In this document: positions 34,665-48,818 of the stretch, one piece after another
Layout: every line of letters starts with the position of its first letter
How positions within the stretch are numbered: the stretch's first letter is position 1
NCBI GenBank assembly: GCA_020137815.1
Contig: CM035352.1
Span: forward strand, 8,618,001-8,682,000
DNA length: 64,000 nucleotides
Reading direction: 5' to 3'
Source of the DNA: Hormiphora californensis
Taxonomy: Eukaryota > Animalia > Ctenophora
The notes under the pieces: generated by a model
Database searches by the model: none
What the model saw: the letters and a program-made list of their open reading frames with translations, nothing else
What the model was told of the DNA's origin: nothing
Program-made: the position numbers and the translations under genes

Positions 34665-35443
34665 GGGTAAACCGGGGCAATTCGAACAACTGGGGCAATT
34701 CGAACATAGTACTGCCCGTCTCTCACCTAGTTAAGCTATCATAATGACGTCATCCTATCTCCAGAAGAAAACTGCTCGTTCGAGCCTGCCCGTTACCACT
34801 AAATAGGCTCTAGATCCGGTTTAAGTTGGTCAATTTCCGATTTGAAAAAACCAGCTGAAAGCTAATAATATCAGCTTTCAGATGGTATAAAAATTATTTA
34901 AATATTCGCATGTTTTCATTCCAAATTCTGGTAAATTAAGATTACCGGGGCAATTCGAACAACCGGGGCAATTCGAACATGGGCAATTTGGTTAACACAC
35001 CGGGGCAATTTGGTTAACTCCCGGGCCAATGATGTGCAGTTCTTTGTACCACGTGATCACGCGTGATACCGGGGCAATTCGAGCAAGAACGACCAGCGTG
35101 TAGATTGCGTGTAGATTACATTGTTCGAATTGCCCCCACCTCTAACAACACCAGGCGGGAATCTTCTTCTGGTGTTGTGAGGACGTTCACGTGACTCCCA
35201 CGTGACGAAATAAAGCACTCCTATTGGTGATGCTCGAATTGCCCCGGTACCAATTTTTCCGACCAAAATTTTTCAATTAGTTATTTAGTTAAGTAAATGA
35301 TGGTCCCTATAGTTGAAATTTATCTTATTTGAAAGATAAAATAATGAACTTTAATCCTATATAATTTTTTTCATTGAATCTTTTTTTAAATGGGAGTGAG
35401 AACCGATTAAGTAAAAAGTTAACCATTTTGCCCCGGTTTACCC
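34665..35443. mobile_element. Non-autonomous TA-flanked DNA transposon (pogo/Tc1-like)
   Basis: TA-GGGTAAACCGGGGCAA...TTGCCCCGGTTTACCC-TA; internal motif CCGGGGCAATTCGAAC repeated in both orientations. Confidence 0.75.
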
Positions 35444-36127
35444 TAGTTTTAGGATTCAGCGCATATTACTGATAAAATGCAAATGTGACCAAGCTAGGAA
35501 AATTACCATTTATCGATTTTACCATCTCACTCTCAGTGGGGGAGAGAAAAAGTGATTTTATGTTCGATATTATAATAATTAGGCCAAATTAGACCATGCA
35601 TGGTTGATCATTTTTATGGCCATGAAATTCGGCTTTATGTCCCAAGTGAACCCACTCACTGGGTGTCACAGCTCTCAGATAGGGCAGTTGGCACATGACA
35701 AAATTACAAATCAAAGAAAAGTGCTATTGCTGCAGTGGAAGGAAGTTAGTGAGTCATTACACCAGCTGAGACTATATCAATCTACGTGTGCCACCTACAT
35801 TCTTTTGAAAATTCCATCCATCCCTCCAACCATTTACCAGGCCCTGGACATTCCCAGTATTCTCGAGCACTGTCTGGCGGCGCTGGTCTGATCGAGGCGC
35901 AAGGTAGAGAAACAGAGTCTGCAGGCGTCGCCAGACAGGTGTCTCAAGGAAGGGTATTCATCGAAAATCACAATTAAGATATTTAATGATCGTGTCCAAT
36001 ATACAGAACCGTTATTTAAACAAAAAACTTGCACAATTTAAACATCAAACGAACTCTAGATCTCAAACATTATATTCCTATGCTGTGAATTCAAAATAAA
36101 CTTCTAACACCTCGCCTAGTTCTATAA

Positions 36128-36285
36128 CAGTCTGACCCCGATTTAGTGGCACCCCGATTTAATGGCAGGATAATCTTCCCCCGATATAAGAAATTAACGG
36201 TATCAGACCCCGATTTAGTGGACACCCCGATTTAGTGAGCAAAACCCTTTCCCCCGAGGATGCCACTAAATCGAGGTCGCGACTT
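36128..36285. mobile_element. Tigger/pogo-like MITE
   Basis: CAGTCTGACCCCGATTTAGTGGCA ... TGCCACTAAATCGAGGTCGCGACT inverted termini with internal repeats of CCCCGATTTAGTG. Confidence 0.65.
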
Positions 36286-36854
36286 TACTACATCTCTAAC
36301 CTGTTTAACCAATCTTCTTCTAATCAATCTAGGCGTGTAGGAGAAAAGTAGAATAATTCTTTATCGCCACTAAAAGTAATTATGTACAAACTCCGATTCT
36401 TCATTTCTAAGTTTTACCCTAATAGTGAAGTAAACAAAACAAAGTGTTTTTCAGTAAAAAAATCTAATATAAACAGTGTCCAATTGAGAGTCCCAAAACA
36501 ACAGGGATCTGTGTGCTTCTCTCATGATGGCCGCCCTCATCACGTGAATCCTAGATGTGTTGGCGTGTTGCCATGGAGATATGTTGCCAAGGAGATCACT
36601 AGGACTCGTCACAATGCAAAAAGAACTTTATGCATGTTTTGTGTTATCTGAAAAACATTCATTTTAGTACTTTGAAAATGAAATAAACAATAAGCTTCTT
36701 AGCTTCTCATTCAAACAATGTAATTGAACGACCTAGAGAGCCGCGAGGTACAGTCGAACCAAACCAAACCAAACCAAACCAAACCTGGAGACCTGCACCG
36801 CAGATTTTATCTGACTAATTGACACCCAATATTTGCAGGTTGATAGGGTCTTAC

Positions 36855-39800
36855 CTTGACGCCCTCCAATTTATGAGATAGGTTTGTGAAATCTGCCTTC
36901 TCAATGGTCTCCTTCTCAGTCAGTGCTCCCCCGGGCAGTATTACCCACCGGGCCAGAACTCGCTCCGAGAACGCAGCGATGGAACAGAAAAATCGGAAGT
37001 CTATCTTAAACTGGTCCTCCAGATTTAACATCTGATGAGGATAGAGATTAGAATTTAGAGATTTGTCTAATTAGGGGCAGTTGTTATACCCCATGTCAAC
37101 TACTGGTATTTGGTAATTTCATTGTACCCAGATGGAGGAGGTCTCTCACCCACGGCCTTACTCAACAACTCAGATGGTCTCACTAAAATCTTAATTTAAT
37201 TCACACTGATCTCTCAATCACATGTATATACCCGTAAAATTGCCACTAGCTCCTTATCAGACGCGGAACCTAAATGGATTTCCTTGAGCCCAGAGACGGC
37301 CTGTGATTGGCGGAGGAAGTTTTTCCGTTCTTTGTCGTATTTGGAGAATATCAACTTGTATAACGCCTGCCGTCTCTTGCAGATGATGGCGTACTCTGTT
37401 AGGTATTCCAGAGGAGAGAGATCTGAAGAAAGATACCATTATTATAGTCAAACATTGATTTACTGGAAACTGATGGATAATAATCCGTGCAAAAACTTAA
37501 TCTTTCCCCAGGACTAAAAAATCAGCTCACAGTAGCCGTACTTTGCTCGACCCTCTCTCACCGTACCCGGGTGCCCCGTGACTTACTTATGACTCACTAA
37601 TTACTAAAGCCAGAGCCCCGTGACTTACTTGATAACACGTGCATATCCATGGGAAGTTCATATCGGGCAGACTGAGCACTAACCAGAATCCTACTTTGAA
37701 CCCAGTGGGCCATGTTGAAGTCTGCAATCTGAAAACAGTAAATATTGAAATTAAGAAAGTAAAATGTACAAGTATAATTTAGGATCCTGATCAGATCTCA
37801 TTCATAATATCTTAGGATCATATGACATATCGTATACTTTGTGAACGTTAGCAGGGAATACGATGTCACCACACACATCAGCGTCGTAGTCGTAAACGGA
37901 GCACACTGTACTGGATAACTTACTCTCCTCCATTTCTCAAAAGACTAAATTATCAAATATCAAAACTTGAATATATGAATCATGGACAACTAACAGTCAA
38001 ATCTTGATTTACCGGACTTCAATTGGGGAAGGATAAATCTATCTGTCCAATAAACCAAGGTTTGACTGTATCAATGTGTATGAGAAAACGAATAACAAAT
38101 ACTGAATCAATTTGTTGAGTAAGGGGGAAGAGTGTGTCCCACCCTTCCCCCTTACTCAACAAGAATCAATAGGCCTGCAGGTGTGAGGCATGGTACCATG
38201 ACTACTACAGAGAGCGATGGGTCCTGTATCATGTGTCTCTAACTAAGGACACGCATCCACACACTTGGTTACCGCGCTGGCAAGGGACAGATAGCTCCCG
38301 AGCGCTATAGCAGCATACACACTACAGATGCTGAATTCTACCTCTATATCTATCTCATATCTCTAGTAACTTATATAACTGGTAAGCGAAATTAGTTATA
38401 CAAACTACAAAGCCCGATACGAGATAGAGAGAGTGAGAGAAACGGAGTTAGAGGCCACTTATACAGTCACGAAAGCTCATTAGTCATTATGGCAATCGAT
38501 GAACGAGTCGTGTAATTGATCTATGACTCAGTAATTTTTGAGTAGTTTCTCTCCCTCCTGTCTCTCCCTCCTATCTCTCTTTATTTTACTTCTCGAGAAA
38601 TCAATATATGATAGAGCATAGACAACTCCCTATCCTATATCATATTGTTCTCTATTTCTATTTTCGAACGATAATCGTTCTGAGGATGTGTGGTGGCGGT
38701 CAACCGAGTAGTAAGTGGATAACGGGAGTTATAAAGAATAATAATATTGTCAGATTGTGATCACGTGACGAACGTCAAAGCTCAATTTACCGGACTCTTT
38801 TACCGGGGTTTTGCACGGTATATGGAGGTCAGATAAATCGAGGTTTGACAATTGACATTATACAGCGATCTAATTGTAATAACTGCATGGCTCACCTCTT
38901 TAAATTTAGGTTGTATAATCTCCACAGTTCCTGAGGTCTTCCTCTGTTTCCGTAGCAACTTCCCCTGGGTGCCCTGAACCTAAAGGTAGTCAGGTGCAGA
39001 CGGAATGAGTGCTTGGTATTTTTAGGAAAAGTTAAAGTTTGAGAGAACAACAGAGATTTTTTTGAAAAATTAAGGTTAACAAGTGTGATCGGTCTTAGTT
39101 TACTGGGTGCTTCGAAAAAAGCATCTTGAGGAAAAAATCCAGACAAAAGGACACTTAAAGTCCGTTTCAAGCGACTTGACCCGTAATTCTTTGCCAGGTT
39201 AGACTGTTTTTCGCGCGCGTGTGTATTTACAAAGGAGAAATCCTGAATTTCCAGGAATCTCAGGTCAAGTCGTTTGAAACGCACTTTAAAAAGATGAATA
39301 AGTAGATAGATTGGGGCTGTTAGGAAAATACTACGTACCCGGTTTCGAAGATTTTCTTCTCGGTTTTCTTTCTGGAAAATATCGTTCACTACCGAGGGTG
39401 GCTTACCTAGCCTGTGTGCGAGAGAGGAAGTTAGGGGCTAATACCTACATACCAGGTGATTACACAAGTTCATGTGTTGCCACGTTAGATATGAGTCTCA
39501 TTAGTAGTAGTGTTGAAAAGTTTTCAAACTTTTCAACACTACTTTAAACAAATTAATTTGAGATTATCCTGATGATGCCGTCGAACGGCGAAACGTCGAG
39601 TTATTCCTGAAATAAAATCAACGAGTCTCAATTTGTCCCTATTTATTACATCAACTTATTGGTGATTACACAACTTAGAAAATTGAAAATGAGATTGAGA
39701 GAGAGGGAGAGAAAGATGAAAATTAGGAGAGAAAGATGAAAATTAGGAGTGGGGTGGCAAGCATCTACCGGCCTACCGCGAAGAGTTGTGAAAGGATCAA

Positions 39801-39886
39801 AGTAGGTTTGAAATTCATACAGAAACGACCACGTAATTGAAGAATTTGGGGGAAATGCCACCCTGCATGCCAGGTGGGGTTATGTT

Positions 39887-39979
<93 letters not shown>

Positions 39980-42900
39980 GGCAGGGAAGTTTGAGCAAGG
40001 CAGGTGGTTGTGTGGCCCTAGTTGCATGGCAGAAAGAAAATGGAAGGACTAGGGACCTGGGAAAATGTAAAGAAAGGGACATTGTCCGGAATCGGTAGCT
40101 CAAAACTAAAAGTTGAGGTGGTCAATATTTGCGATAGTAAACAAACAGAGAAACTTTCAGAGAATAAGCTCTCAAACAGAAAACTTTAAAACTATCGAGG
40201 AAGCAATTATATATCTGCACTGCGGTTAGGAGAGCAATTACCACACAACACTCTCAGTAAATAGCTCATGGTATTTAGTAAAGACTCTTTACTTTATACT
40301 TATAGTCATGGTATTTACCCCTATGAGAATTCTTGATTCATGCCGCGAATATGCTTTTTTAGCCCCGTAAATCGCGGCGTCAATCAAGAATTAGCGAGGC
40401 AGTGCCAGGGGGGGGGGGGGGGCGGGGGGGGGGTGTGATGCACTTACCGTTGTGTGACGGTCTGCATCCCCTTGTCACATGTCGTGAAAGAGTCTTTATC
40501 CCTTCTCTCCAATTCATAGCGCCTGGGAAGATATATTGAGATCTTTAAAACAATGATTCAAAACCATAGGGCATAAGTTCAGATAAACGTGGCACTGAGA
40601 TTACTGCAAAGAAATAGGTACAGCTGATATTCAAAAATGCAGGATAAAAAAGTTATGAGAGAAAAGAATGGATAAACAAAAAAACCCATCCCCTCTCTCC
40701 CCTTTTTTTTCTTCCCCCACAATGCCCCGGGGTGATATCTAGTTTGGGAAAGATTATTTTTGGGGGGAAAAACACCCTTGGGCAACCTATCATCAAAACT
40801 AAATAAAATTTTTTGGGGGGGGGGGGGGGGGGGCCCTCTTCCTTTCTCCTCCCTTTTTTTTTCCCCCTCCTTCTTTTCCCTTTCCCCCTCTTTTCTCCCC
40901 CTTTTTCCCTTTTTTCTCCCCCTCTTTCCCTTTTCCTCTTTTTTTTCCTTCTTCTTCCCCCCCTCCCCCTTCCTTCTCTTTTTTTTTTTTGGGTTTTTTT
41001 AAAAAAAAAGGGGGAAATTGGAAACTTAATCCCTATTCTCCATCATGCAACAAAGCTACTGTCTTTTCCCTGAGCCAGCAATCCCCTATTTATACGGAAA
41101 AAAAAAAACCAAAAAAAAAAAGATCGCCCTAATGGGGCCCGACTACAAATAAAAAAAAACCCTTTAGGGGCCACAACCCATTCTTTTCAAAACGGCCCCT
41201 GCTGCACAAGGCCTTCAAAAATATCCCTCATTCAACCCCGTCACCTACTCATTCATCAGCCCCTTTTAGCAGCAAAAAAGGGATGCCATGAAAGTGTTGC
41301 TAAGGCCTTAAGTCCCAATCCCCCCCACAAAAAAACCCCAAAAAAACCCCCCCCCCCCAACCCCTACTTTTTCCCCCCCCCCCCCAACCCCTTTTACCCC
41401 CTTCCCCCCCCCGCCTTTCTTACGATTTTCAGGACGATCCGTGTGCCCCACTCTGTACAGACCGGTCGACTACTGTGAATCCACGGGGTAGCTGCCGTGT
41501 GATCGGTGGCAGGTAGTGCATGGCTTATCCGAAATCAGGTCAACCGCATTCTAGGAGATAGAGGGGGGTGTAAGTGATTAGAAATTAAAATTTGTGCAAT
41601 TGTGATGAGGGAACGTTGTGTTGGGTAACCACTGGTTACTAACCAGTAAACAAAGAAAATTAGATTGATTTTATTCATCGCGTGTACACAATTATGTCAT
41701 GCTAATTAGTAATTATCCGTTCGATTATGTTCGATTTGATTATGCAAATCATAAGTTAAATTTGAGCTCGATAAATCTATTAGAATCATTCCATTTGTTC
41801 CAGCGATATCACCTGAGTATTAACCCCACTACGACTACTCTCTCTGCCACCAAGGGGAGTTGCCCTGAGGGCTGTGGCAATACGAACCACGGTGAAACAC
41901 CGCAGGCCCCTGCGCCACGGTTCTCGAATTTTCTGATCAAGAATTTTAGAGCTGAGCTAAAACGATCGAAAAGGAAAAACGCAACCTTTAGTTTCTAATA
42001 CAGAATGGATGTGAGCGACAGGGAGGGTAAAAGAAGGAGATATTATTGTCAGTATCCTCCATGTGGTACCATGACAACAACATCTTGTTGCCATGGTAAC
42101 CAACTAACCCACTCACCAGATCAGGTGCGGCTGGTTTAATTATTCTATCAGTATCCTCCCCCTCTTCCTCCTCAGGTAGTGCCAGCTCTGTGACTGATCT
42201 AGATGTGTCTTCCGAGTCACTTCTTTTCACAACCTGAGAGGGGATAAAAATGCTATAAAACTCCGGAATTAGCTTTCTATCTTATCGGATATGTTGGGCT
42301 TGAGCCCCTTCATTTTTGGTAATTTTTCGGTGCACGAGCGAAATAAAGGCCTCTGATTGGCTGGCGCAATAGTAGGGGGTTTCCAGACCACAGTCAGACA
42401 CTAGAAACCATGCGACTCAAAAACAGCCGATTGGTCAACTTGACAACTTATTGATTCAGTTAAACACTCACCATTGTAGCTGTTATTTCGTATGCGTCAT
42501 CTTGGGATGATCGGCGGGTTGTAGTGGGTGATTGGAATGGTACATTAACACTTCCCTTCTTATTCTCATCTGGAAATTGCAAAACTGTTTAGTGCACTGT
42601 GCAGTGAAAATTGGGCCCAATACTATCTGCCAGCTGTCTGCCGGCGCCGACCCGATATGAGCGGCACCAGACTGAGGCATGACGACACCAGACTGAGGCA
42701 GTCTGCCATCGAATTCCTCAAAATAATCACGCACTCACCTTGCCATGCCTGCCGTTTCTCGTGTTTCCCACCGGACCCAGGTCCCCCACGGGGAGAAGAG
42801 CCCTGGTAGGAGCGGACAAAATTAACGTACGACGTCTCTGAGCCGTCCTCCGCCTGGAAGGAAATATCATTTGTCAGAGATTGTCCTGTGACAAGTGCAT

Positions 42901-45053
42901 CGGTGAAACTGAAAGAGGCCATGTCTCAGACATTGTCTGTGAGTGTGCGCGCCATTTCCAGAGTGATATCGAGCCGAACTCTCCACTTCAGCGTCGTCGC
43001 GCGTTACATAAAATCCTTGGTAGCTCTACTGGTGCTGCAAGAGTGGCTCAAGCTGCAGGAGCAGGTCAATCTGCATGCATAGAGTGTGTCCCCCCTTTTT
43101 TAACAGGTCAATAGTCGCACACTGTTGGGTTTAGTGTATAGTTACACATACCTTAGACCGACTGTGTGTCTGCTCAAACTTTCTCTGCCACGCCTAAAAA
43201 AAAATCGCAAATTAGGAACAGGATCGTCTAAACATGCCCCCATCAAAAGTTCGCGACGCTAATTCTTGGTTTGCGTCGCGATTAACGTCGCTAAAAAAGC
43301 TCATTCGCTGCAAGAATAGCGTCGCGAATCCAGGTATTCGCGGCGTTTTCACTGCGTTTTTTCAAAAAAAGCAAATTTTTCAGCATTTGCATTTTTCAGC
43401 AGCTGATTTTGAAAAATGCAAATGCTGAAAAATTTGCTTTTTTTGAAAAAACGCAGTGAAAACGCCGCGAATACCTGGATTCGCGACGTGATTCTTGCAG
43501 TGAATGAGCTTTTTTAGCGACGTTAATCGCGACGCCAATCAAAAATTAGCGTCGCGAACTTTTGATGGGGGTGAAACCAACTAATGATGTTAACTTTAGT
43601 CCCTTAAAATGAATACATTGCACTCTATGAACTATAGTTTAGTTTGTTTTACCACATGCCTACTTTCTCTATGAAGTAAAAAGTGTGGGGGAGGAAAGGG
43701 GGGGGGGGGGAGTCACCTCCTCTCTGAGTTGGAAATTTGAGCCTACCTCACCACTGTACTGAAATACAATTCACAAATCCAGTTAGCCCACCACCCCAAG
43801 TGCAGGAACAGTAACAAAGAGAGATGAGTATCTCTTAGCTACCAACTTTTCAGCACAATACTTTCGTATTCTGCCAACATAATCACTACCTCGTCCCTCT
43901 CTCTGTCTCCCTGAATTCTGATCTCTCTCTCCCTGGACCCTGCCCCTCTGTCCCTCTGTCCCTCAGCCCTCTGTATATCCAACATCCATGTCTCTCTGTC
44001 TCTCTGTCTCCGTCCCTCTAGAGTCTAGTCTCTCTCCCTCTAGTCTCTTATACTAGCTGATCTATGATATTCATTCCTTCTCCAAATTTTCTTTACCCAC
44101 ATCAGATATAAGGACAGCGCCGGTGAAGTAAAATACAATTATTTCAGGTGCTGAGTCCCCTACCATGATACTTTATACAACGTGTCAGGTGTTTAGCTTC
44201 AGTACAGAGACTAAGTGGATGTGGGGAATGGAGATCACTGTTATAGTGAGATTATCCTTCTGCCAAATCCTTTCAGTAAGATGGTAATAAGATGCTAATA
44301 ACGTACTCAAATATAGAGGATAAAAGAAGTCCGGTGGATGAAATCTAAAAGTGTCTGGCTGCCCCACGAACAAGTCGCACCCAGGAACGAACCACTAAGC
44401 AGCAGAAAAACAATACTATGAATAACACTGCTAAAAGCAACATCTGTAATCTCTATATAAGATAGGAGGGAACTGAGAGAAGGAGGGGGGAACTGAGAGA
44501 GGCGGAGGGAGGGAGGCGAAGGGAGAGAGGGAGGGTAGATGAGAGATAGATGTAGGAGGGAGGAGAGCAAATCATGATAACTAGAACGATAGGGAGGTAG
44601 ACTTGGAGAGGGAAGCAAGATCTGACCGATTAATTACAAGTCTAGCAGCAGTAGTAGTAGTGGGTACTATTTACTGGAAACATAGAGGGAGTGAGAGTGA
44701 GGGAGGGAGAGAGAGGGGGAGAGAGAGAGTGTGAGAGAGAGAGATTTATATTTAAAAAAAAGAGATAAGGAGAAAGAGAGTAACGATCTAGAGGGAGAGT
44801 TTTACTATACATACCCCTTTTTTCCTCCGTTTGCGTCTACCTCTTGACCCTTTTCCCCACACCCTACTGCCAGGCCTAGACCTCATCCCGGTCTCAGGTC
44901 GAGAGGATGAGGCTGACTTCTGATCCAGAGCCCTGCTGTTAGGTCTGGTGGCCACTAACTTCGTGCTTTTGTAGTGTTGCTTTCTCCAAGGCCAGGAATG
45001 GCATGTTTAGGGAGTCGTAGTTCATGACAGGAGGCGTTGGAGATACGCCCGTT
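36855..45053 (-). CDS. Multi-exon host gene, uncharacterised (exons seen: 44815-45053, 42739-42853, 42472-42569, 42117-42233, 40448-40522, 36855-37031; others likely)
   Basis: GT-AG bounded open exons. 42853 to 42117 splice in consistent phase (AEDGSETSY...WQ|DENKKGS...ATM|VVKRSDSE...). The last large exon reads MLNLEDQFKIDFRFFCSIAAFSERV...IEKADFTNLSHKLEGVK. Exon 44815-45053 needs a 1-nt correction. Linkage of all exons into one gene is inferred. Confidence 0.55.
37994..38068. mobile_element. Small Tigger-like MITE (related copy at ~38775-38850)
   Basis: CAGTCAAATCTTGATTTA...TAAACCAAGGTTTGACTG-TA. Confidence 0.55.
39159..39285. mobile_element. TTAA-flanked MITE (Kolobok-like)
   Basis: TTAA-AGTCCGTTTCAAGCGACTTGACC...GGTCAAGTCGTTTGAAACGCACT-TTAA; an inverted copy lies at 57965-58081. 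Confidence 0.7.
39569..39597 (+). ncRNA. Minimal hammerhead ribozyme core, Penelope-like-element type
   Basis: CTGATGA-T-GCCGT-CGA-ACGGC-GAAAC-GTC, followed by AATAAA at ~39611. Confidence 0.7.
43237..43571. mobile_element. ~335-bp foldback element
   Basis: CCCCCATCAAAAGTTCGCGACGCTAATT...AATTAGCGTCGCGAACTTTTGATGGGGG; ~160-bp near-identical arms. Confidence 0.85.
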
Positions 45054-46531
45054 CTGATTTGGAACGGACAAAACTTCCGGAATCGGAACATATTTGACCT
45101 ATCACTGTGATGATAGAATCTTTAAATTGTTATCGGGATATGTATCGCAGCCTGGATATCCCCGAGTGAATGAATACAATGTTACAAGATAAGCAAATGA
45201 GCAAAACGTGAGAAAGGATCTGGCGACATAAAGCACTTGAGATGGGAGAGAGAAAGGGAGAGAGAGAGATAGAGAGAGAGAGAAACGATTGAAAAATTTG
45301 CAAGGTGTTCATTGTTCTGCAGTAGATTGTGGGAAATAATACAGCTCTAAAAATATACCACCTTCTTATAGAGGGGAGCTGTAGTTCTAGATTGACAATT
45401 GATTGGATCTTGGAGCCCAGCATTCAGCTGTCATGACTGACTGTATAGGTGACAAGGGGCCGGACTTTAAAAACGGATGTACTTCTCTCCATGACTAAAC
45501 TGCATTACCAACCTCCCCCTCGAGTTCGGATCTGGTGCACGTTTTCCAATTCGGTGACCGGTGCATTAGCACCCCCCCCCCCTCGTGTGTTTGGTTTGGG
45601 CCGCTCATCTGGGACTGTAAACAGTCACACAGCCAAGTCTCGCCGAACAGGCGAAACAGCATAGTGCCGGATCATCCTTTCGGAATCACCACCAGATCGT
45701 CTTCTGTCTGTCGTCCCCCTCGTGTGTTACCTCCAACCCAATTAATGAATTAAATTAAGTTATCACGGGGAAAAATATCCCATATTTCACAAAATGTAAT
45801 TCATTGTACCTCCTCGCTTTCATCAGTAGGCGAGTTATCCTCTTCGAATCCGACTACAGCGGGAACCAGTCGTCTTCGGCTCTGAAAAATAGTGAGTTTG
45901 AGATTTGAGAAAGATGAGAGAGGGAAAGGAGAGAAAAAAGGAGAGAGTCAAGCAAAGAGAGATGGAATATTTCTGTTATATGTGTGTCAATGTTCTGTGA
46001 ATGACACATTGTCAAATGTAGCAGCATCTAAACTTTCAGATCTCTCTCTCTCTCTGTCTCTCTCTCTGTTTCTCTCTCTCTCTCTCACTCTCTCTCGCTC
46101 TCTCTCTCTCTCTCGGTCCACTACACGCACCACTCCCACATGGGGCCGTGAGGCCCCATGCGAGAGCAGGGTTAAATCCCCCGGACCCGGATCCTGTTGG
46201 ATCTGAGGGCCCGGAGGGCCTGCGGAGTAAAGGTAGGGTAGGTAGAACAATGTACATACGGGTAAATTTAACAATGTACATATGGGTTAAGGAAAGGGGA
46301 TGATATTAAAAAGGGGGAAGTAAAGTGGGATTAAAGCTCATGGTGACGGAGCACAAGACCTCCTAAACTATCTGCAAAGAAGCCCAATCTGCTACAATGA
46401 ATTCTAAGAAGAGACAACTTATCAGGAACCGAAGAAGCAAACCGTCTGAATCTAAGGCAGCCTAAAACAAGCAGGAACGGGTTCGAGCGAAAAAAAAATT
46501 AATACAAATGGAAGATGATTACATGTCGAGC

Positions 46532-47175
46532 CAGAGAGGACAGCCAGCCCGTTCCAGAGAAGCCAGCTGACCCCGCTCCAGAGAAGACAGCCAACCCCGC
46601 TCCAGAGAAGCCAGCTGACCCCGTTCCAGAGAAGCCAGCTGACCCCGTTCCAGAAAAGCCAGCTGACCCCGTTCCAGAGAAGCCAGCTGACCCCGTTCCA
46701 GAGAAGACAGCCACCCCGCTCCAGAGAAGACAGCTGACCCCGCTCCAGTAAGGACAGCTGACCCCGCTCCAGTAAAGACAGCTAACCCCGTTCCAGTAAA
46801 GACAGCTGACCCCGCTCCAGAGAGGACAGCCACCCCGCTCCAGAGAGGACAGCTGACCCCGTTCCAGTAAGGACAGTTGACCCCGTTCCAGTAAAGACAG
46901 CTGACCCCGCTCCAGAGAAGACAGCCACCCCGCCCCAGAGAAGACAGCTGACCCCGTTCCAGTAAGGACAGCTGACCCCGCTCCAGTAAAGACAGCTGAC
47001 CCCGCTCCAGTAAAGACAGCTGATCCCGCTCCAGAGAGGACAGCCACCCCGCTCCAGAGAGGACAGCCACCCCGCTCTAGAGAAGACAGCTGACCCCGTT
47101 CCAGTAAAGACAGCTGACCCCGCTCCAGAGAGGACAGCCACCCCGCTCCAAAGAGGACAGCTGACCCCGCTCCAA
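46532..47175. repeat. Minisatellite of 24-bp and 20-bp variants
   Basis: CCAGAGAAG(C/A)CAGCTGACCCCG(C/T)T and CCAGAGAGGACAGCCACCCCGCT-type units. Confidence 0.92.
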
Positions 47176-47579
47176 AGAATCATCTCCGATGTAGAACCCT
47201 ATCAAAAATGGAAGAAGTGGGTTAGGGGGGCCAGTAGAACAAAAACAGTATTGGTTAGCGGGTTAGTGGATAAAGGGGCGTTGGGGGTCCACAGTTGGCT
47301 GGAAGATGCCTGTTCCACGGGTAACCCTAAGCCGGAGAAGGCGGGGTAGGAACGTAGTAGTTGGCGTTGATACACTGTGGGCCGCCTAGCCTTGCCAAGA
47401 TGTTTTTGTATTTTGTATTTTCTGATTTTTTTCCGTATTTCTGATACACAGCCACGCTCAGCCGCGGCCACACGGACCTGAAAATCGAACAGGGGGAAAA
47501 GGGGATGGGGAAAAAGGTACTCCGTGTGACCCCGTTGCCCGGGGGAAACCGATTGGAGGTGGTGGCAGGTGGACCAACT

Positions 47580-47668
<89 letters not shown>

Positions 47669-47805
47669 CATCTCTCTCCCTGATCTCTCAATCTTTCTTT
47701 CCAACTCAGTGATTCGTATCAAGCAGGATCGTGCTAGATGCTGCCTGTCGAAGCTGACATCTCTATTCGGAAAGGCCTCCAAACATATAGCACACGTCGA
47801 GTGAA

Positions 47806-47873
<68 letters not shown>

Positions 47874-48756
47874 GAGAGAGAGATAGCATACTGCATTGCT
47901 GCGCTCAAATATCGGATGCATAAGAGATGTGTACGGCAATCAGTATGACACCACACATAATAAGATATTGAAAAAGACAGAGAGAACGACCGAACAGAGC
48001 CACAGAGAAAACAGACAGATCAAGATATGAGTATACCTAGTTATGTAGAATAATGTGTACACTGTACTGCTGCACCAGACACTGCCTGAGCATGTGAAAA
48101 AGATGAATGGAATGCTTCATCACACAGCTGCAGCTGCACACGATGATGTTGTGAACTTGACAGGGTGCTTGTCTGAACAAGAGTTTACAAAAGTTCCTCC
48201 CAGTTGCTCACTTTGATCAGTACTGGTCAGTTTTGTGATCATCGACCACCAAACCACCAAGGAACGATTATCATGGCGTCTACTTGTTCAGACTCACTCG
48301 TGCAGAAGCGCTAACGATATCATATCATGTTGTCAGACACTGACTGACGACTGTACACCGCGCAACCTCGAGATACACTCTTCAGCTTCGGCCCGGTGCG
48401 AAGAGGACGGTCTTATATGAGACAACTATCATGAATCCGAGACCCGAGAGTTATGAACATATCAATTTTAACGATAAAGCTATTCTGTCTTGAAGTTGGT
48501 CGTCATCTGTGGTTTCCACTCCTCCGCAAATTATTTCATGAAGACTCTTCAATGGCGAGTGACAACCATATCGATTACATCACTTAGAACTCTCATTGCA
48601 CGGATCAAAGAGCACGAATAATCGTGTTTTTGTAGCAAAACTGCCACTTTTCTCTCTCTCTCTCTCTCTCTCTTTAGAATGCTTTGAGTAACCGTTTTTA
48701 ACAGAGCCGCCATCATTGCAGAGATTGCGCAAAGCTGAGAGAGATAGAGAGGGAAG

Positions 48757-48818
<62 letters not shown>

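Noticed and set aside
35960-36470. Possible LINE 3'-end remnant (YTEPLFKQ-like)
   Set aside because: A single short motif, insufficient without a homology search.
46499-47183. PEKPADPV-repeat and antisense ORFs
   Set aside because: Mixed-length minisatellite units break the frame; no coding support.
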